Assembly: GCA_018397055.1 (NCBI GenBank)
Contig: JAGTQS010000004.1
Coordinates: 1-36,998, forward strand
Reading direction: 5' to 3'
Length of the DNA: 36,998 nucleotides
From: Candidatus Bathyarchaeota archaeon
Lineage (GTDB): Archaea; Thermoproteota; Bathyarchaeia; Bathyarchaeales; DTEX01
Part shown: piece after piece, positions 16,505 through 26,101 of the stretch
Numbering within the stretch: position 1 is the first letter of the stretch
Layout: every line of letters begins with the position of its first letter
Program-made: the position numbers and the translations under genes
The notes under the pieces: generated by a model
Databases searched by the model: none
What the model saw: the letters and a program-made list of their open reading frames with translations, nothing else
Told to the model about the DNA's origin: nothing

Positions 16505-17605
16505 TTGGATAAGGTTCGGTTCGGCGTGGTTGGAGCGAAGGGAATTGGCAGGACACACATGGAAAGCATTGTTTCATGCGGTAACGCTGAGCTTGTCGCC
16601 GTAGCTGACATTAACGAGGCAGCTGGGAAAGAAGCAGCTTCGAAATACGGTGTTAAGTGGTTCATGGACTACGAGAAGATGCTTGAACAAAAGGACATCG
16701 ACGCAGTTTCCATCTGCACCCCGCACTTTCTTCACTGCAACATGGCTTTGAAGGCTCTTGAGTACAGCAAAAACGTTCTCGTTGAAAAGCCTATGGCAAT
16801 AACAGTAAGAGAAGCTGACAAGATGGTTGAGAAAGCTAAGACTACAGGCTTGAAACTTGGCGTGGTCTTCCAGTACAGAACTTTTCCAGTTAACCGAGAA
16901 ATCAAAAGGCTAATCGACGGGGGCGAAATTGGGAAAATCTACAGAGTCGTCATGGAAGCCTGCACTTTTAGAACTCAAGCTTACTATGAAAGCGATGCTT
17001 GGAGGGGAAAATGGAAAACCGAAGGAGGCGGCGCTCTCATAAACCAGACGATTCATAATATCGACCTGCTTCAGTGGCTTGTTGGGCCTCCATCTAAGCT
17101 TCAAGGGCAAATTGGCACAATGTACCACAATGTGGAAGTCGAGGACATAGCTTCCGCCACAATCAGGTTTGAGAACGGAGCCTTCGGAATCTTACAGGTA
17201 AGCATTGTTGACGCCCTAGACACATCAAGGCTTGAGATATGCGGCGAAAAAGGAAAAATCGAATCTAACGGCGAACACAAACGTGCAATCATGAGCAAAC
17301 CTCTTAAAGAATGCATCGCGGACAAGAAAGTCTGGGGCGGAAGACCTGAAAGCCAATGGCTGGAAATTAAGCCGAAAACAGAGGAAAAAGGCGGACACGC
17401 AACAGTCATTAAAGAATACTGCGACGCCATAATCGCTGGCAAGGAGCCTCCTGTTAACGGCGAGGAGGGACGGAAATCCATCGAAATCATTAACGCCATA
17501 ATTCTTTCTTCGTTTGAAGAAAAAACAGTTACCTTCCCCGTGGACAGAGACGCCTATGACAGGTTGATGCGGAGTCTGAGCGAAAAAGAGATGAGGCAAA
17601 AGTAG
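16505..17605 (+). CDS. Gfo/Idh/MocA family oxidoreductase
   Basis: GVVGAKGIG, TPHFLH, VEKPMA, WRGKW..EGGGALINQTIHNID, EVED. Confidence 0.9.
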   Translation: MDKVRFGVVGAKGIGRTHMESIVSCGNAELVAVADINEAAGKEAASKYGVKWFMDYEKMLEQKDIDAVSICTPHFLHCNMALKALEYSKNVLVEKPMAITVREADKMVEKAKTTGLKLGVVFQYRTFPVNREIKRLIDGGEIGKIYRVVMEACTFRTQAYYESDAWRGKWKTEGGGALINQTIHNIDLLQWLVGPPSKLQGQIGTMYHNVEVEDIASATIRFENGAFGILQVSIVDALDTSRLEICGEKGKIESNGEHKRAIMSKPLKECIADKKVWGGRPESQWLEIKPKTEEKGGHATVIKEYCDAIIAGKEPPVNGEEGRKSIEIINAIILSSFEEKTVTFPVDRDAYDRLMRSLSEKEMRQK

Positions 17606-17685
17606 AGCAACACGACGTAAATTCGCCCTCGTTTTAAATTTTTGTGTTAATAAGACTTAATATGAACTCAGCTTTTACTGTTTTT

Positions 17686-17937
17686 ATGCGATATGTGGCA
17701 AGGGTTGAAGTAGGTCTTAAACCTGGTCACTCTGACCCAGAAGGCGAGACCACGAGGGATTCTCTTGCTGAGATGAATTACGCAGTCGAGTCGGTTAAGG
17801 TTGGCAAGGTATATGAGCTCTTTGTTGAGGCTTCATCTCTTGAAGAGGCGGAAAAGATGGTTGACGAGATGTGCCGCAGGCTTCTTGCAAATCCTGTTAA
17901 AGACAACTACAAGGTCAGCATAGAGGAAAGCCGATGA
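17686..17937 (+). CDS. purS: Phosphoribosylformylglycinamidine synthase subunit PurS
   Basis: LKPG..DPEG, VGK, LLANPV. ATGA overlap with purL. Confidence 0.93.
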   Translation: MRYVARVEVGLKPGHSDPEGETTRDSLAEMNYAVESVKVGKVYELFVEASSLEEAEKMVDEMCRRLLANPVKDNYKVSIEESR

Positions 17938-20315
17938 GTCAACAAATTTACATCAGGAAAGATGCTCAATTCGAGCTCTTCGAGGTTAACATTCTCCACG
18001 CCGACGATAAGCAGCTCATCCAAATCAGCGAAGAAATGGGCTTAGCTCTTAACCTCAAAGAGATGAGGACAATCAAAAACTATTTTGTCCAAAAAAACAG
18101 GAACCCGACGGATGTTGAACTGCAAACCTTGGGGCAAACCTGGTCTGAACACTGTTTTCACAAAACCTTCAAGGGAACAATACTGACGCCTGAAGGCAAA
18201 AGGATTGACTCTCTTTTCAGAACATATATTGCTAAAGCCACGCTTGAGCTGAATAAGCCTTGGTGCCTTTCAGTCTTCGAGGACAACGCTGGCATAGTGC
18301 AGTTCCAAGACGACATCGCAGTCGCAGCGAAGGTTGAAACCCACAATCATCCTTCAGCCATAGAACCGTTCGGGGGAGCCGCAACTGGAACAGGAGGCGT
18401 AATACGCGACGTTCTCGGCGTGTGGGCTGACCCAATTGCGTGCACCGACGTTCTCGGTTTTGGTCCGCTTGATTACGACTACAACAAGTTGCCCTCAGGC
18501 ATAAAGCATCCGAAATACGTTTTCCGAGGAGTAGTTGCGGGAATAGGCTGCTACGGCAACAACATGGGCATCCCAACCGTTAATGGCGCAATCTATTTTG
18601 ATGAAAGCTTCACGGGAAACGTGGTCGTTTACTGCGGATGCATAGGAACTTTACCTATAGATAAGTACATAAAAAAGGCCAAGCCGGGTCACCACCTAGT
18701 TTTAGCTGGAGGACGAACAGGAAGAGACGGAATTCACGGCGTAACCTTCGCGTCGCTGGAGCTCACCGAAAAATCCGAAGAAGTTTCTAGGCCAGCTGTT
18801 CAAATTGCGAATCCAATTGAAGAGGAAAAACTCAAACGCGCCATAATCAAAATACGAGACCAAAAGCTAGCCTCGTCTATAACTGACCTCGGCGGAGGCG
18901 GACTGTCCAGCGCAGTTGGAGAGGCAGCTCACAAATATAGATGCGGAGCAAAAGTTGCTCTTGAAAAAGTTCCCTTAAAATACCCAAATATTCCGCCATG
19001 GGAAATCTACATTTCAGAGTCCCAAGAAAGAATGCTTATCACTGTGCCTAAAATGAACCTGCAAGATACGCTGGAAATTTTCGCTTCAGAAGACGTTGAG
19101 GCAACAGACATTGGAACCTTAACGACCGAGCAAGCCCTAAGGTTAACATACGATGGAACCGTCGTCGCCGACGTAGACATGGACTTTCTTTTTAACCCAC
19201 CGAAGATCACGAAAAAGGTCGAGTGGAAAAAAGTCGAGTACACTGAGCCAACCTTCAGCGAACCTGAAGACTTGACAAGCATCCTAGTTGATTTGTTGTC
19301 TTCGCCTAACATTGCAAGCAAGGAATCTGTGATCAGAACATACGACCACGAGGTTAAAGGAAACACGGTGCTCAAACCGCTGTGCGGAATACACGGCGGA
19401 CCAAGCGACGCCGCGGTCATCAAACCCCTAGACAACTCGTACAGGGGCCTCGTAATCTCGTGCGGCATAAACCCGCAGTACGGGAAAATCGACGCTTACT
19501 GGATGGCAGCCTCAAACATCGACGAAGCAATAAGAAATAACATCGCAGTAGGCGGACAAAGAATAGCCCTCCTCGACAACTTCGTGTGGGGAAGCCCAGA
19601 AAAACCCGACCGACTCGGCTCGCTTATGAAAGCCTGCGAAGCCTGCTACAATTACGCGAAAGGCTTTGAAACCCCATTCATCTCGGGAAAAGACAGCCTC
19701 TACAACGAGTCTCCATTAGGCCCCGTCACGCCGACACTTCTGATAACGGCGATTGGCATAATCCCTGACGTTCGGAAAACAGTTTCGATGGACCTGAAGG
19801 CTTCCGGAGACCTCGTTTACCTAGTTGGTCAAACGTACCCGGAGCTAGGAGGCTCTGAATACTATCGAAGGCTGGGATACATCGGATGTTCAGTTCCAGT
19901 CGTCAGGTTAAATGAAGCAAAAAGAACGATGGACAGAATCTCGAAAGCCATCGAGGCCGGCTGCGTGAAAGCTTGCCACGACCTTTCTGAAGGCGGATTA
20001 GCCGTGTCAGCGGCGGAAATGGCGTTTTCAGGAGACTTAGGAATGGATGTTTCATTAACAAGGTTTCCTCAGTCCGTGCCGATAACGAGAAACGATTTTG
20101 TCCTTTTCTCTGAGTCAAACAGCCGATTTCTAGTCGAGGTTCCAGAAAAAGCGAAAGAAGATTTCGAGGCTGCAATGAAAGGCTCAAACTATGCGTGCAT
20201 CGGAAGAGTCACAAAAGAAAAATGTTTGTTGATTCGTGGGCTAAACGGCGAACCTGTCATACAGGCAGACCTGGACATGCTGAGAGACGCGTGGAAAAAA
20301 CTCTTCGGGGGATAA
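17934..20315 (+). CDS. purL: Phosphoribosylformylglycinamidine synthase subunit PurL
   Basis: WSEHC, ETHNHPSAIEPFGGAATG.GG..RD, TGRDGIHG, DLGGGGL, SESQERM, HDLSEGGL, LFSES. Confidence 0.97.
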   Translation: MSQQIYIRKDAQFELFEVNILHADDKQLIQISEEMGLALNLKEMRTIKNYFVQKNRNPTDVELQTLGQTWSEHCFHKTFKGTILTPEGKRIDSLFRTYIAKATLELNKPWCLSVFEDNAGIVQFQDDIAVAAKVETHNHPSAIEPFGGAATGTGGVIRDVLGVWADPIACTDVLGFGPLDYDYNKLPSGIKHPKYVFRGVVAGIGCYGNNMGIPTVNGAIYFDESFTGNVVVYCGCIGTLPIDKYIKKAKPGHHLVLAGGRTGRDGIHGVTFASLELTEKSEEVSRPAVQIANPIEEEKLKRAIIKIRDQKLASSITDLGGGGLSSAVGEAAHKYRCGAKVALEKVPLKYPNIPPWEIYISESQERMLITVPKMNLQDTLEIFASEDVEATDIGTLTTEQALRLTYDGTVVADVDMDFLFNPPKITKKVEWKKVEYTEPTFSEPEDLTSILVDLLSSPNIASKESVIRTYDHEVKGNTVLKPLCGIHGGPSDAAVIKPLDNSYRGLVISCGINPQYGKIDAYWMAASNIDEAIRNNIAVGGQRIALLDNFVWGSPEKPDRLGSLMKACEACYNYAKGFETPFISGKDSLYNESPLGPVTPTLLITAIGIIPDVRKTVSMDLKASGDLVYLVGQTYPELGGSEYYRRLGYIGCSVPVVRLNEAKRTMDRISKAIEAGCVKACHDLSEGGLAVSAAEMAFSGDLGMDVSLTRFPQSVPITRNDFVLFSESNSRFLVEVPEKAKEDFEAAMKGSNYACIGRVTKEKCLLIRGLNGEPVIQADLDMLRDAWKKLFGG

Positions 20316-20318
20316 AAA

Positions 20319-21137
20319 ATGGATCGTAACAATATTAAAGCGTGTATTGTGAGGGTTGGCGGAACAAACTGCGACGCTGAGACAAAAAGGTCCTTCGAGG
20401 AACTCGGCGTAAAAGCTGAGGTTCGACATTTATCTGAGATTGCGAAAAGCAACAACCTGCTTGAGTTCGACATCTTGGTGTTTCCAGGCGGATTCTCGTT
20501 CGGCGACTACGTTAGAGCCGGAGCCATACTGGCCAAAAGCTTTTCCGCTAAGCTCAACCGCCGCCTAAAAGCCTTTGTGGAAGAGGGAAAACCTATACTG
20601 GGCATATGCAACGGCTTCCAAGTTCTAGTTGAGGCAGGTCTTCTCCCAGCATTCAACGGAATCAGTAAATACCCAGAAGCAGCTCTGGCAACAAACTTAC
20701 CAATTGGCTTCAGATGCAGATGGGTGTATCTGAAACATGAGAACTCGGGAAAATGCGTTTTCACCAAGAAGATTCCTAAGGGAAAGGTTCTTCGGATGCC
20801 TATTGCCCACGCTGAGGGCAGGTTCATGTTCCCGAAAGACAGCGAAGGCAGCTGTCTTGAGAGGCTCGTGGACAACGACCAGCTCGTCTTCAGATACTGC
20901 GACGAACAGGGAAGAGGTGCAGGTGGAAAATACCCGTACAACCCCAACGGATCATTCTACGGCATCGCGGGAATCTGCAACCCAGAGGGAACCGTTTTCG
21001 GATTAATGCCTCACCCGGAAAGAGCCTTTTACGGTTGGCAACTGCCGGACTGGACGAAGGGTGAGAAGCCTTCAGAATTCGTCGATGGAAGGCTGATCTT
21101 CGAATCCGTTGTTGAACACGTAGCAGCTAAGCTCTAG
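20319..21137 (+). CDS. purQ: Phosphoribosylformylglycinamidine synthase subunit PurQ
   Basis: GTNCD, PGGFSFGDY, LGICNGFQ, AHAEG, YPYNPNGS, MPHPER. Confidence 0.97.
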   Translation: MDRNNIKACIVRVGGTNCDAETKRSFEELGVKAEVRHLSEIAKSNNLLEFDILVFPGGFSFGDYVRAGAILAKSFSAKLNRRLKAFVEEGKPILGICNGFQVLVEAGLLPAFNGISKYPEAALATNLPIGFRCRWVYLKHENSGKCVFTKKIPKGKVLRMPIAHAEGRFMFPKDSEGSCLERLVDNDQLVFRYCDEQGRGAGGKYPYNPNGSFYGIAGICNPEGTVFGLMPHPERAFYGWQLPDWTKGEKPSEFVDGRLIFESVVEHVAAKL

Positions 21138-21215
21138 CCCTGTTCACCGCATCGTTTTTTAACGATTAAATAATTCCTCGACGTAAACGTACACAAACGG
21201 GGTGTACACACGAAA

Positions 21216-22283
21216 TTGAGCAAGGATTACGGATCATTTTCTTGCAAGCCTAACCTGAAGGTAGCCATTTACGGCGTCGGATGGATTGGAGGCAGCATAG
21301 CGAGGCTTCTCTTAACAAAGAAGGGGCTGGAAATCGTCGGAGCCGTCGACTTCGCGCAGGCGAAGGTTGGACGAGACCTAGGTGAAATCGTCGGGGCTGA
21401 AAAACCCTTAGGCGTCAAAGTCACAAAGGACGCGGAAGAACTGTTTTCCACGGTTAAGCCTGACGTTGTTGTTCACGCAACCTCCTCGTATTTTAGAGAC
21501 GTGTATCCGCAGCTTGAGGAAATCGTGAAACACGGCGTAAACGTGGTTTCAACTTGCGAGGAGCTCTCGTATCCTTACTTTTCAAGCGGCGAACTTGCAG
21601 CGAAACTTGACGCTTTGGCCAAAAAACATAAAGTGGCAGTGTTAGGCACAGGTGTAAACCCAGGTTTCGTAATGGACACACTGCCAATAGTGCTGTCAGG
21701 CGTGTGCCAAGAAATCAGAAACATCAAAGTTGAAAGAGTCATGGACGCCAGTACGCGAAGGATGCCGTTCCAGAAAAAAATAGGCGCAGGACTAACAGTT
21801 GACGAGTTCCGCGAAAAAATCAGGAACAAGCAAATAACGGGCCACGTTGGTCTTGAACAGTCAGTTGCCATGATTGCTGACGCCTTGGGATGGAGCCTTC
21901 AAGCCGTCGAGTTAGGTGTCGTTGAACCCGTCGTGGCTGAAAAACCCGTGAAGAGCAAAGAGATAAAAGTTGAACGCGGAAAGGTTGCGGGTCTAAGGCA
22001 GTCCGCCCGCGGCATCATGCACAGTAAACCTGTCATCACTTTGTTGTTTGAGGCGTACATCGGCGCAGAGGAAGAATACGACTCAATCACAATTGAGGGC
22101 GTGCCAAAGATTTGTGAAAAAATCAGCCCATGCGTGCACGGGGACCTCGCGACCGCCGCTATTGTTGTTAACATGATTCCAAAGGTTGTCAACTCAGAGC
22201 CTGGGCTGAAAACGATGAAGGACCTTCCCCTGCCATCGGCGGTTCTAGGCGACATCCGACGAACCATTCTCCGTTTTGGTTAA
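21216..22283 (+). CDS. NAD(P)-dependent amine dehydrogenase (2,4-diaminopentanoate dehydrogenase / DapB-like family)
   Basis: YGVGWIG, NVVSTCEEL.YP, LGTGVNPGFVMD, KKIGAG, GHVGL, GDLATAA..VN.IP. Start uncertain. Confidence 0.78.
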   Translation: MSKDYGSFSCKPNLKVAIYGVGWIGGSIARLLLTKKGLEIVGAVDFAQAKVGRDLGEIVGAEKPLGVKVTKDAEELFSTVKPDVVVHATSSYFRDVYPQLEEIVKHGVNVVSTCEELSYPYFSSGELAAKLDALAKKHKVAVLGTGVNPGFVMDTLPIVLSGVCQEIRNIKVERVMDASTRRMPFQKKIGAGLTVDEFREKIRNKQITGHVGLEQSVAMIADALGWSLQAVELGVVEPVVAEKPVKSKEIKVERGKVAGLRQSARGIMHSKPVITLLFEAYIGAEEEYDSITIEGVPKICEKISPCVHGDLATAAIVVNMIPKVVNSEPGLKTMKDLPLPSAVLGDIRRTILRFG

Positions 22284-22306
22284 GGGTTTGCCTGCGGCTA
22301 AGGTGC

Positions 22307-23293
22307 TTATATGGGAGGCGCCACACGTTTTCTTTCTTCCAGCGGCATTTTTGTCCACTCTATGAATTGTTGAGACGGAGGCTCAGCCTCGTACAAGGCT
22401 TTTCTATGCGCTTCAAATAACGTGTTCTCTGTTCCAGCGTACTCAGCAGCGGTGACTATTCGATTTCCAACACTGGCTGCTTTGTCAATTGACGGCTGCG
22501 CGGTTTGCTTCCATTTTTCGTCTCTGAGAATGTGGTGGTCCAGGATTGTAACAGGCACGTTTTCCGCGACGACGTTAAGGTTCATCATCGCCTGCTCAAT
22601 GTTTTTTGGGTTAACCTTGTACTGGGCAAGGTAGATTGGCGGACCACCTATAATAGCCATCCTAGAGGTTTCTCTTACGACAAGCACAGCTGTTGTATCA
22701 GCCATGGGTCCTTGAACATCAGGCGCGTAAAGCACTCTTTCTTTTTTGTGTTCAATTGTTGTCATGAGAACCCACCCTAGCCCCGAGCCTTCCTCACCGT
22801 GGCTAACTGGAGCTGAAAACCTTATTGTCGTGTTTTCGAACTTGAAGGCTCTGCTGTCGGCGAACTCGAGCCTCGCAGCTTTTTTTCCAACAGTCCTGTG
22901 GAACATCCATCCTCGCTGCCTCTGGCTGGGGTTAATGTTCGCCTTGTAGCTCTTTGCGAAAACAATCTTTCCCGAGTATATCTTCTCAGCAATCTCAGCT
23001 GATGACCAGTGGTTAACCCAGTCGGTGAACGAAGGCGTGTGGTGGTCAAAATGGTAGTGGCTAACCGTGACGACATCAGCCTTTTCAGCTAGCTCCAGCA
23101 TCCTTGCCCTGCACTTTTTCAAGGCCAAGTATTCCTTAGGGTGGGGGGGCAGATTGAACCTGTTTGGGCATAGAGAGACGCCTGCGTCTAAAAGAATCTT
23201 TATGTCTGGGGTTTCAACGTATGTGCACATGGAACGAACGCCGAGGCTTTCGAAGGCAACGGGAACAACCTTGATGAAGCCCAGATTTTCCAT
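22307..23293 (-). CDS. UPF0282-type metallo-beta-lactamase-fold hydrolase
   Basis: ESLGVRSM, SHYHFDHH, SQRQR, HG, DVQGP, GGPP.YL, DHHILRD. Confidence 0.85.
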   Translation of the reverse strand: MENLGFIKVVPVAFESLGVRSMCTYVETPDIKILLDAGVSLCPNRFNLPPHPKEYLALKKCRARMLELAEKADVVTVSHYHFDHHTPSFTDWVNHWSSAEIAEKIYSGKIVFAKSYKANINPSQRQRGWMFHRTVGKKAARLEFADSRAFKFENTTIRFSAPVSHGEEGSGLGWVLMTTIEHKKERVLYAPDVQGPMADTTAVLVVRETSRMAIIGGPPIYLAQYKVNPKNIEQAMMNLNVVAENVPVTILDHHILRDEKWKQTAQPSIDKAASVGNRIVTAAEYAGTENTLFEAHRKALYEAEPPSQQFIEWTKMPLEERKRVAPPI

Positions 23294-23666
23294 ACCAACA
23301 CCAAGCGTCTATCTGTCTTCAATGCCCTAAGGATTAGCTTCATTTCTTATCAAGGTTACCTTTCCTAAAAGTGAGGTTTAATGCACAACACTAAGAAGAG
23401 GTGTGGGTTCCACACTCAAGATCTACATCACGCTTAGTTCAGTAGGGTCAGAGCTGTCATCACCCACGAACAAAGCTATGGCCTAATTCGAAATAAAGTT
23501 TTTGCTCAAGATTACGATAGAAAGGATCCTGTTGTTCCTGCAAATTTTAAATTCGGTGAAAAAATTGTTCGCCGTCTGATTAGGCTTTTGAGAAGACATA
23601 AATAGGCTTGGGCTTCCCTTTTTTCAATGTATCATGCTTAAATTGGTAGTTGGGGTTGCAGGAAAA

Positions 23667-24674
23667 ATGAGGCTTCCAATGGGTAAAGTTCCGCCTGAAG
23701 TCCTGAAAAACGTGGTGTTCAAACATCTAGGCGCGGACAGTTCAGACGTTGTTTTAGGTCCAGCCTTGGGAGTAGACGGAGCCGTCGTCAAAGTTGGTGA
23801 TAAGGTTTTAATCTCTTCTATGGATCCGATAACCGGCGCAATGCAAAAAATAGGCTTTCTCGCAGTCAACATTAACGCAAATGATGTGGCCACATTTGGG
23901 GTCCGCCCAGCCTTCTTTTCATCTTGCCTTCTTTTGCCAGAAAAATCAAATGAAAAGGTTGTTGAAGAAATCTGTCGCCAAATCGGTTTAGCCGCCAGAA
24001 ATCTCGGAATCGCGGTGATAGGCGGTCACTCTGAGGTTACGCCGGAGCTGCAAAGACCAATCATCGTCGGCTGCGCGATGGCTGTAACTGAACTTGGGAA
24101 ATACGTGACTGCAGCTGGCTCGAAGCCTGGAGACAAACTTATTCTTACAAAGGGAGCTGGGCTGGAAGGAACAGCGGTTTTGGCCACTGAAAAACGTGAT
24201 GCCCTAAGGACGAATCTTGACGAGGCCCTCTTAGACTCTGCAGTGGCCTTTTACGACAAGATCAGCGTGGTAAAGGAGGCGGTTCTAGCCTACAACCACG
24301 GCGGAGTGTCAGCTATGCATGACCCAACTGAAGGCGGGGTTGCGAACGGAATCCACGAGCTAGCTGACGCATCAGGATTAGGCGTAAAAGTCTACAAGAA
24401 CAAAATTTACGTGCACAAAGAAACTGTTGAAATCTGCAAATTTTTTGGGATTGACCCTTTACAGCTCATCAGCTCAGGAGCCCTACTCATCTCGGCTAAT
24501 CCAAGGTTCGCAGAGGGAATAAAGCGCGAACTAGAAAGCCACCACATCAGGGCGGAAATAATTGGCGAATTCTTGAAAGACCCTCTTGACCGCTCTTTCA
24601 TAAGCGAGGATGGAGCTGTGGAACCTCTTGTGAGACCAGTATGCGACCATTTGTGGTCTGCCTTGAAACAATAA
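23667..24674 (+). CDS. AIR synthase-related (PurM/HypE-like) protein lacking the HypE C-terminal Cys
   Basis: GKVP, DPITGA, NDVAT.G, GGHSEVT, TKGAGLEGT, MHDPTEGG, DPLQLISSG. Ends DHLWSALKQ. Confidence 0.85.
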   Translation: MRLPMGKVPPEVLKNVVFKHLGADSSDVVLGPALGVDGAVVKVGDKVLISSMDPITGAMQKIGFLAVNINANDVATFGVRPAFFSSCLLLPEKSNEKVVEEICRQIGLAARNLGIAVIGGHSEVTPELQRPIIVGCAMAVTELGKYVTAAGSKPGDKLILTKGAGLEGTAVLATEKRDALRTNLDEALLDSAVAFYDKISVVKEAVLAYNHGGVSAMHDPTEGGVANGIHELADASGLGVKVYKNKIYVHKETVEICKFFGIDPLQLISSGALLISANPRFAEGIKRELESHHIRAEIIGEFLKDPLDRSFISEDGAVEPLVRPVCDHLWSALKQ

Positions 24675-24739
24675 CAGGATGTACTGAATTTTTCGGAAGG
24701 GTTTTCAAGGCATCTGGCATTTTCTTTTGTTGATGGCTG

Positions 24740-25411
24740 ATGCGGTATTGCATGAAATGTGGAGCTAGGCTCCCAGAGGACGAAGCAGCCCGGTTCTGCC
24801 CTGTTTGCGGAGCTTCCCTAGGTGCGCAGCAGTTGCACTTCGAGAGGCGGTTTGAAATGCGCAGGAAACCTCGAAAGGTATTGTGGGCTGTCACGTTACG
24901 TAACCGCTTTCTAGCGGTGCTTTTAGCCTTTGTTCTTTGTCTAATGATAACTGCGGCTGGGGCTGTTTCGAAGGTTGAACGCCAAGAAGCTGATGAAATT
25001 GTGGAGGAATTCGATAAGCTGGAAGAATTGTTGTCCGTCGCTGGGCTGCAGTTTATTTTCGGGAACAATTTAATGTACTGCGTAATTATGTTTGTTCCCG
25101 TTCTTGGGCCATACTACGGTTCATACGTGCTGTATTCGACTGGAAGGGTTCTTGCAGCCTTCGGTTTAGCCTCGGGATACAATCCTTTGGAGCTGTTCTT
25201 TTCGTTGTTCTTCTACCCGCACGCTTGGCTTGAGTACGTCTCATACAGCTTGGCTCTTTCTGAAAGTTTCTGGCTTATTTATGCTATGATAAGACACAGG
25301 GAATACAGTTTAAGAAACGAGTTGTCTACGGCAGCAAAGATAATGGCGATCTGCGTTGTCTTACTGTTGTTGGCAGCCGTGGCTGAAATGTCCCTTATAA
25401 CTTCTGGTTAG
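24740..25411 (+). CDS. Zinc-ribbon + SpoIIM/DUF95-like membrane protein
   Basis: YCMKCG..FCPVCG, IFGNN, PHAWLE, LLLAAVAE, several TM segments. Confidence 0.8.
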   Translation: MRYCMKCGARLPEDEAARFCPVCGASLGAQQLHFERRFEMRRKPRKVLWAVTLRNRFLAVLLAFVLCLMITAAGAVSKVERQEADEIVEEFDKLEELLSVAGLQFIFGNNLMYCVIMFVPVLGPYYGSYVLYSTGRVLAAFGLASGYNPLELFFSLFFYPHAWLEYVSYSLALSESFWLIYAMIRHREYSLRNELSTAAKIMAICVVLLLLAAVAEMSLITSG

Positions 25412-25420
25412 AGGCAATGG

Positions 25421-25891
25421 TTACTTCATTTCTTCCATGAAAATTTTTGTGAGATCCTCTTTCTGTATTCCAAGTTTCGATGAGAGCTCCTTAACCCACC
25501 GTGTGTAGAAACGGAAAGCAGTTTGGACTATGTCTATTTTTTCTTTATCAGACATTTTTTCTTCCTCAACCAGAAGCAGCGCAAACCATCTTCCGAGGCC
25601 GGTTAAAGTGTAATATTTTACCCAAACGGTACGTCCAGTCACTTCAGACTTCTCCATGTGCTCGTTCAATATTCCAAGCTGAGTTAAAGATTTCAAGTAA
25701 TCTATTACAGTTTTGTTAGAGTAACCTAGAGTGGCGATCAATTCCTTCTGAAAGACCTTTTCAGAAACACCCTGCTTCAATGCGTATTTTAAAATGGCGA
25801 TTGGAACGTCTGATTCAAATACAGCCTCAAGAATCCTCTCTTTTTTGCCTTTTGGAAGAAAAATTACGTATGGGTATAACCTTTCACTCAT
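25421..25891 (-). CDS. Winged-HTH putative transcriptional regulator
   Basis: FQKELIATLGYSNKTVIDYLKSLTQLGIL...YYTLTGLG. Confidence 0.75.
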   Translation of the reverse strand: MSERLYPYVIFLPKGKKERILEAVFESDVPIAILKYALKQGVSEKVFQKELIATLGYSNKTVIDYLKSLTQLGILNEHMEKSEVTGRTVWVKYYTLTGLGRWFALLLVEEEKMSDKEKIDIVQTAFRFYTRWVKELSSKLGIQKEDLTKIFMEEMK

Positions 25892-25933
25892 AGGGTTGAA
25901 CCGCCTAGACCTAATTGATAAAAGCTGAGGAAC

Positions 25934-25954
25934 TATGGTTTATGGTTAGTGGTT
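25934..25954. repeat. Three tandem 7-mers (TATGGTT TATGGTT AGTGGTT), possible operator
   Basis: Seen directly. Lies just upstream of a TTTTATC TATA-like box (minus strand, ~25917-25923) of the 25891 gene. Confidence 0.45.
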
Positions 25955-26101
25955 ATTGTATCACTTGATTTACAACTTTTCACGAAGCAACGTTGTTCCT
26001 AAGGCCTTTTGATTACAAAAAAAGTCTATGTGAAACAAAACTGAGCAATAAATAATATACTGAAACTTATCCGCCCAAAATCTTATAATTGACAGAGCCT
26101 T

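Noticed and set aside
23381-23605. RBS-preceded 18-codon ORF whose frame stays open for 55 codons after a TAG (possible pyrrolysine readthrough), with a GTGTGG/CCACAC hairpin
   Set aside because: No recognisable protein and no pyl genes in the window. An open run this long is expected by chance.
23667-24674. Second hypE
   Set aside because: It lacks the essential C-terminal PRIC cysteine, so it is an AIR synthase-related paralogue.
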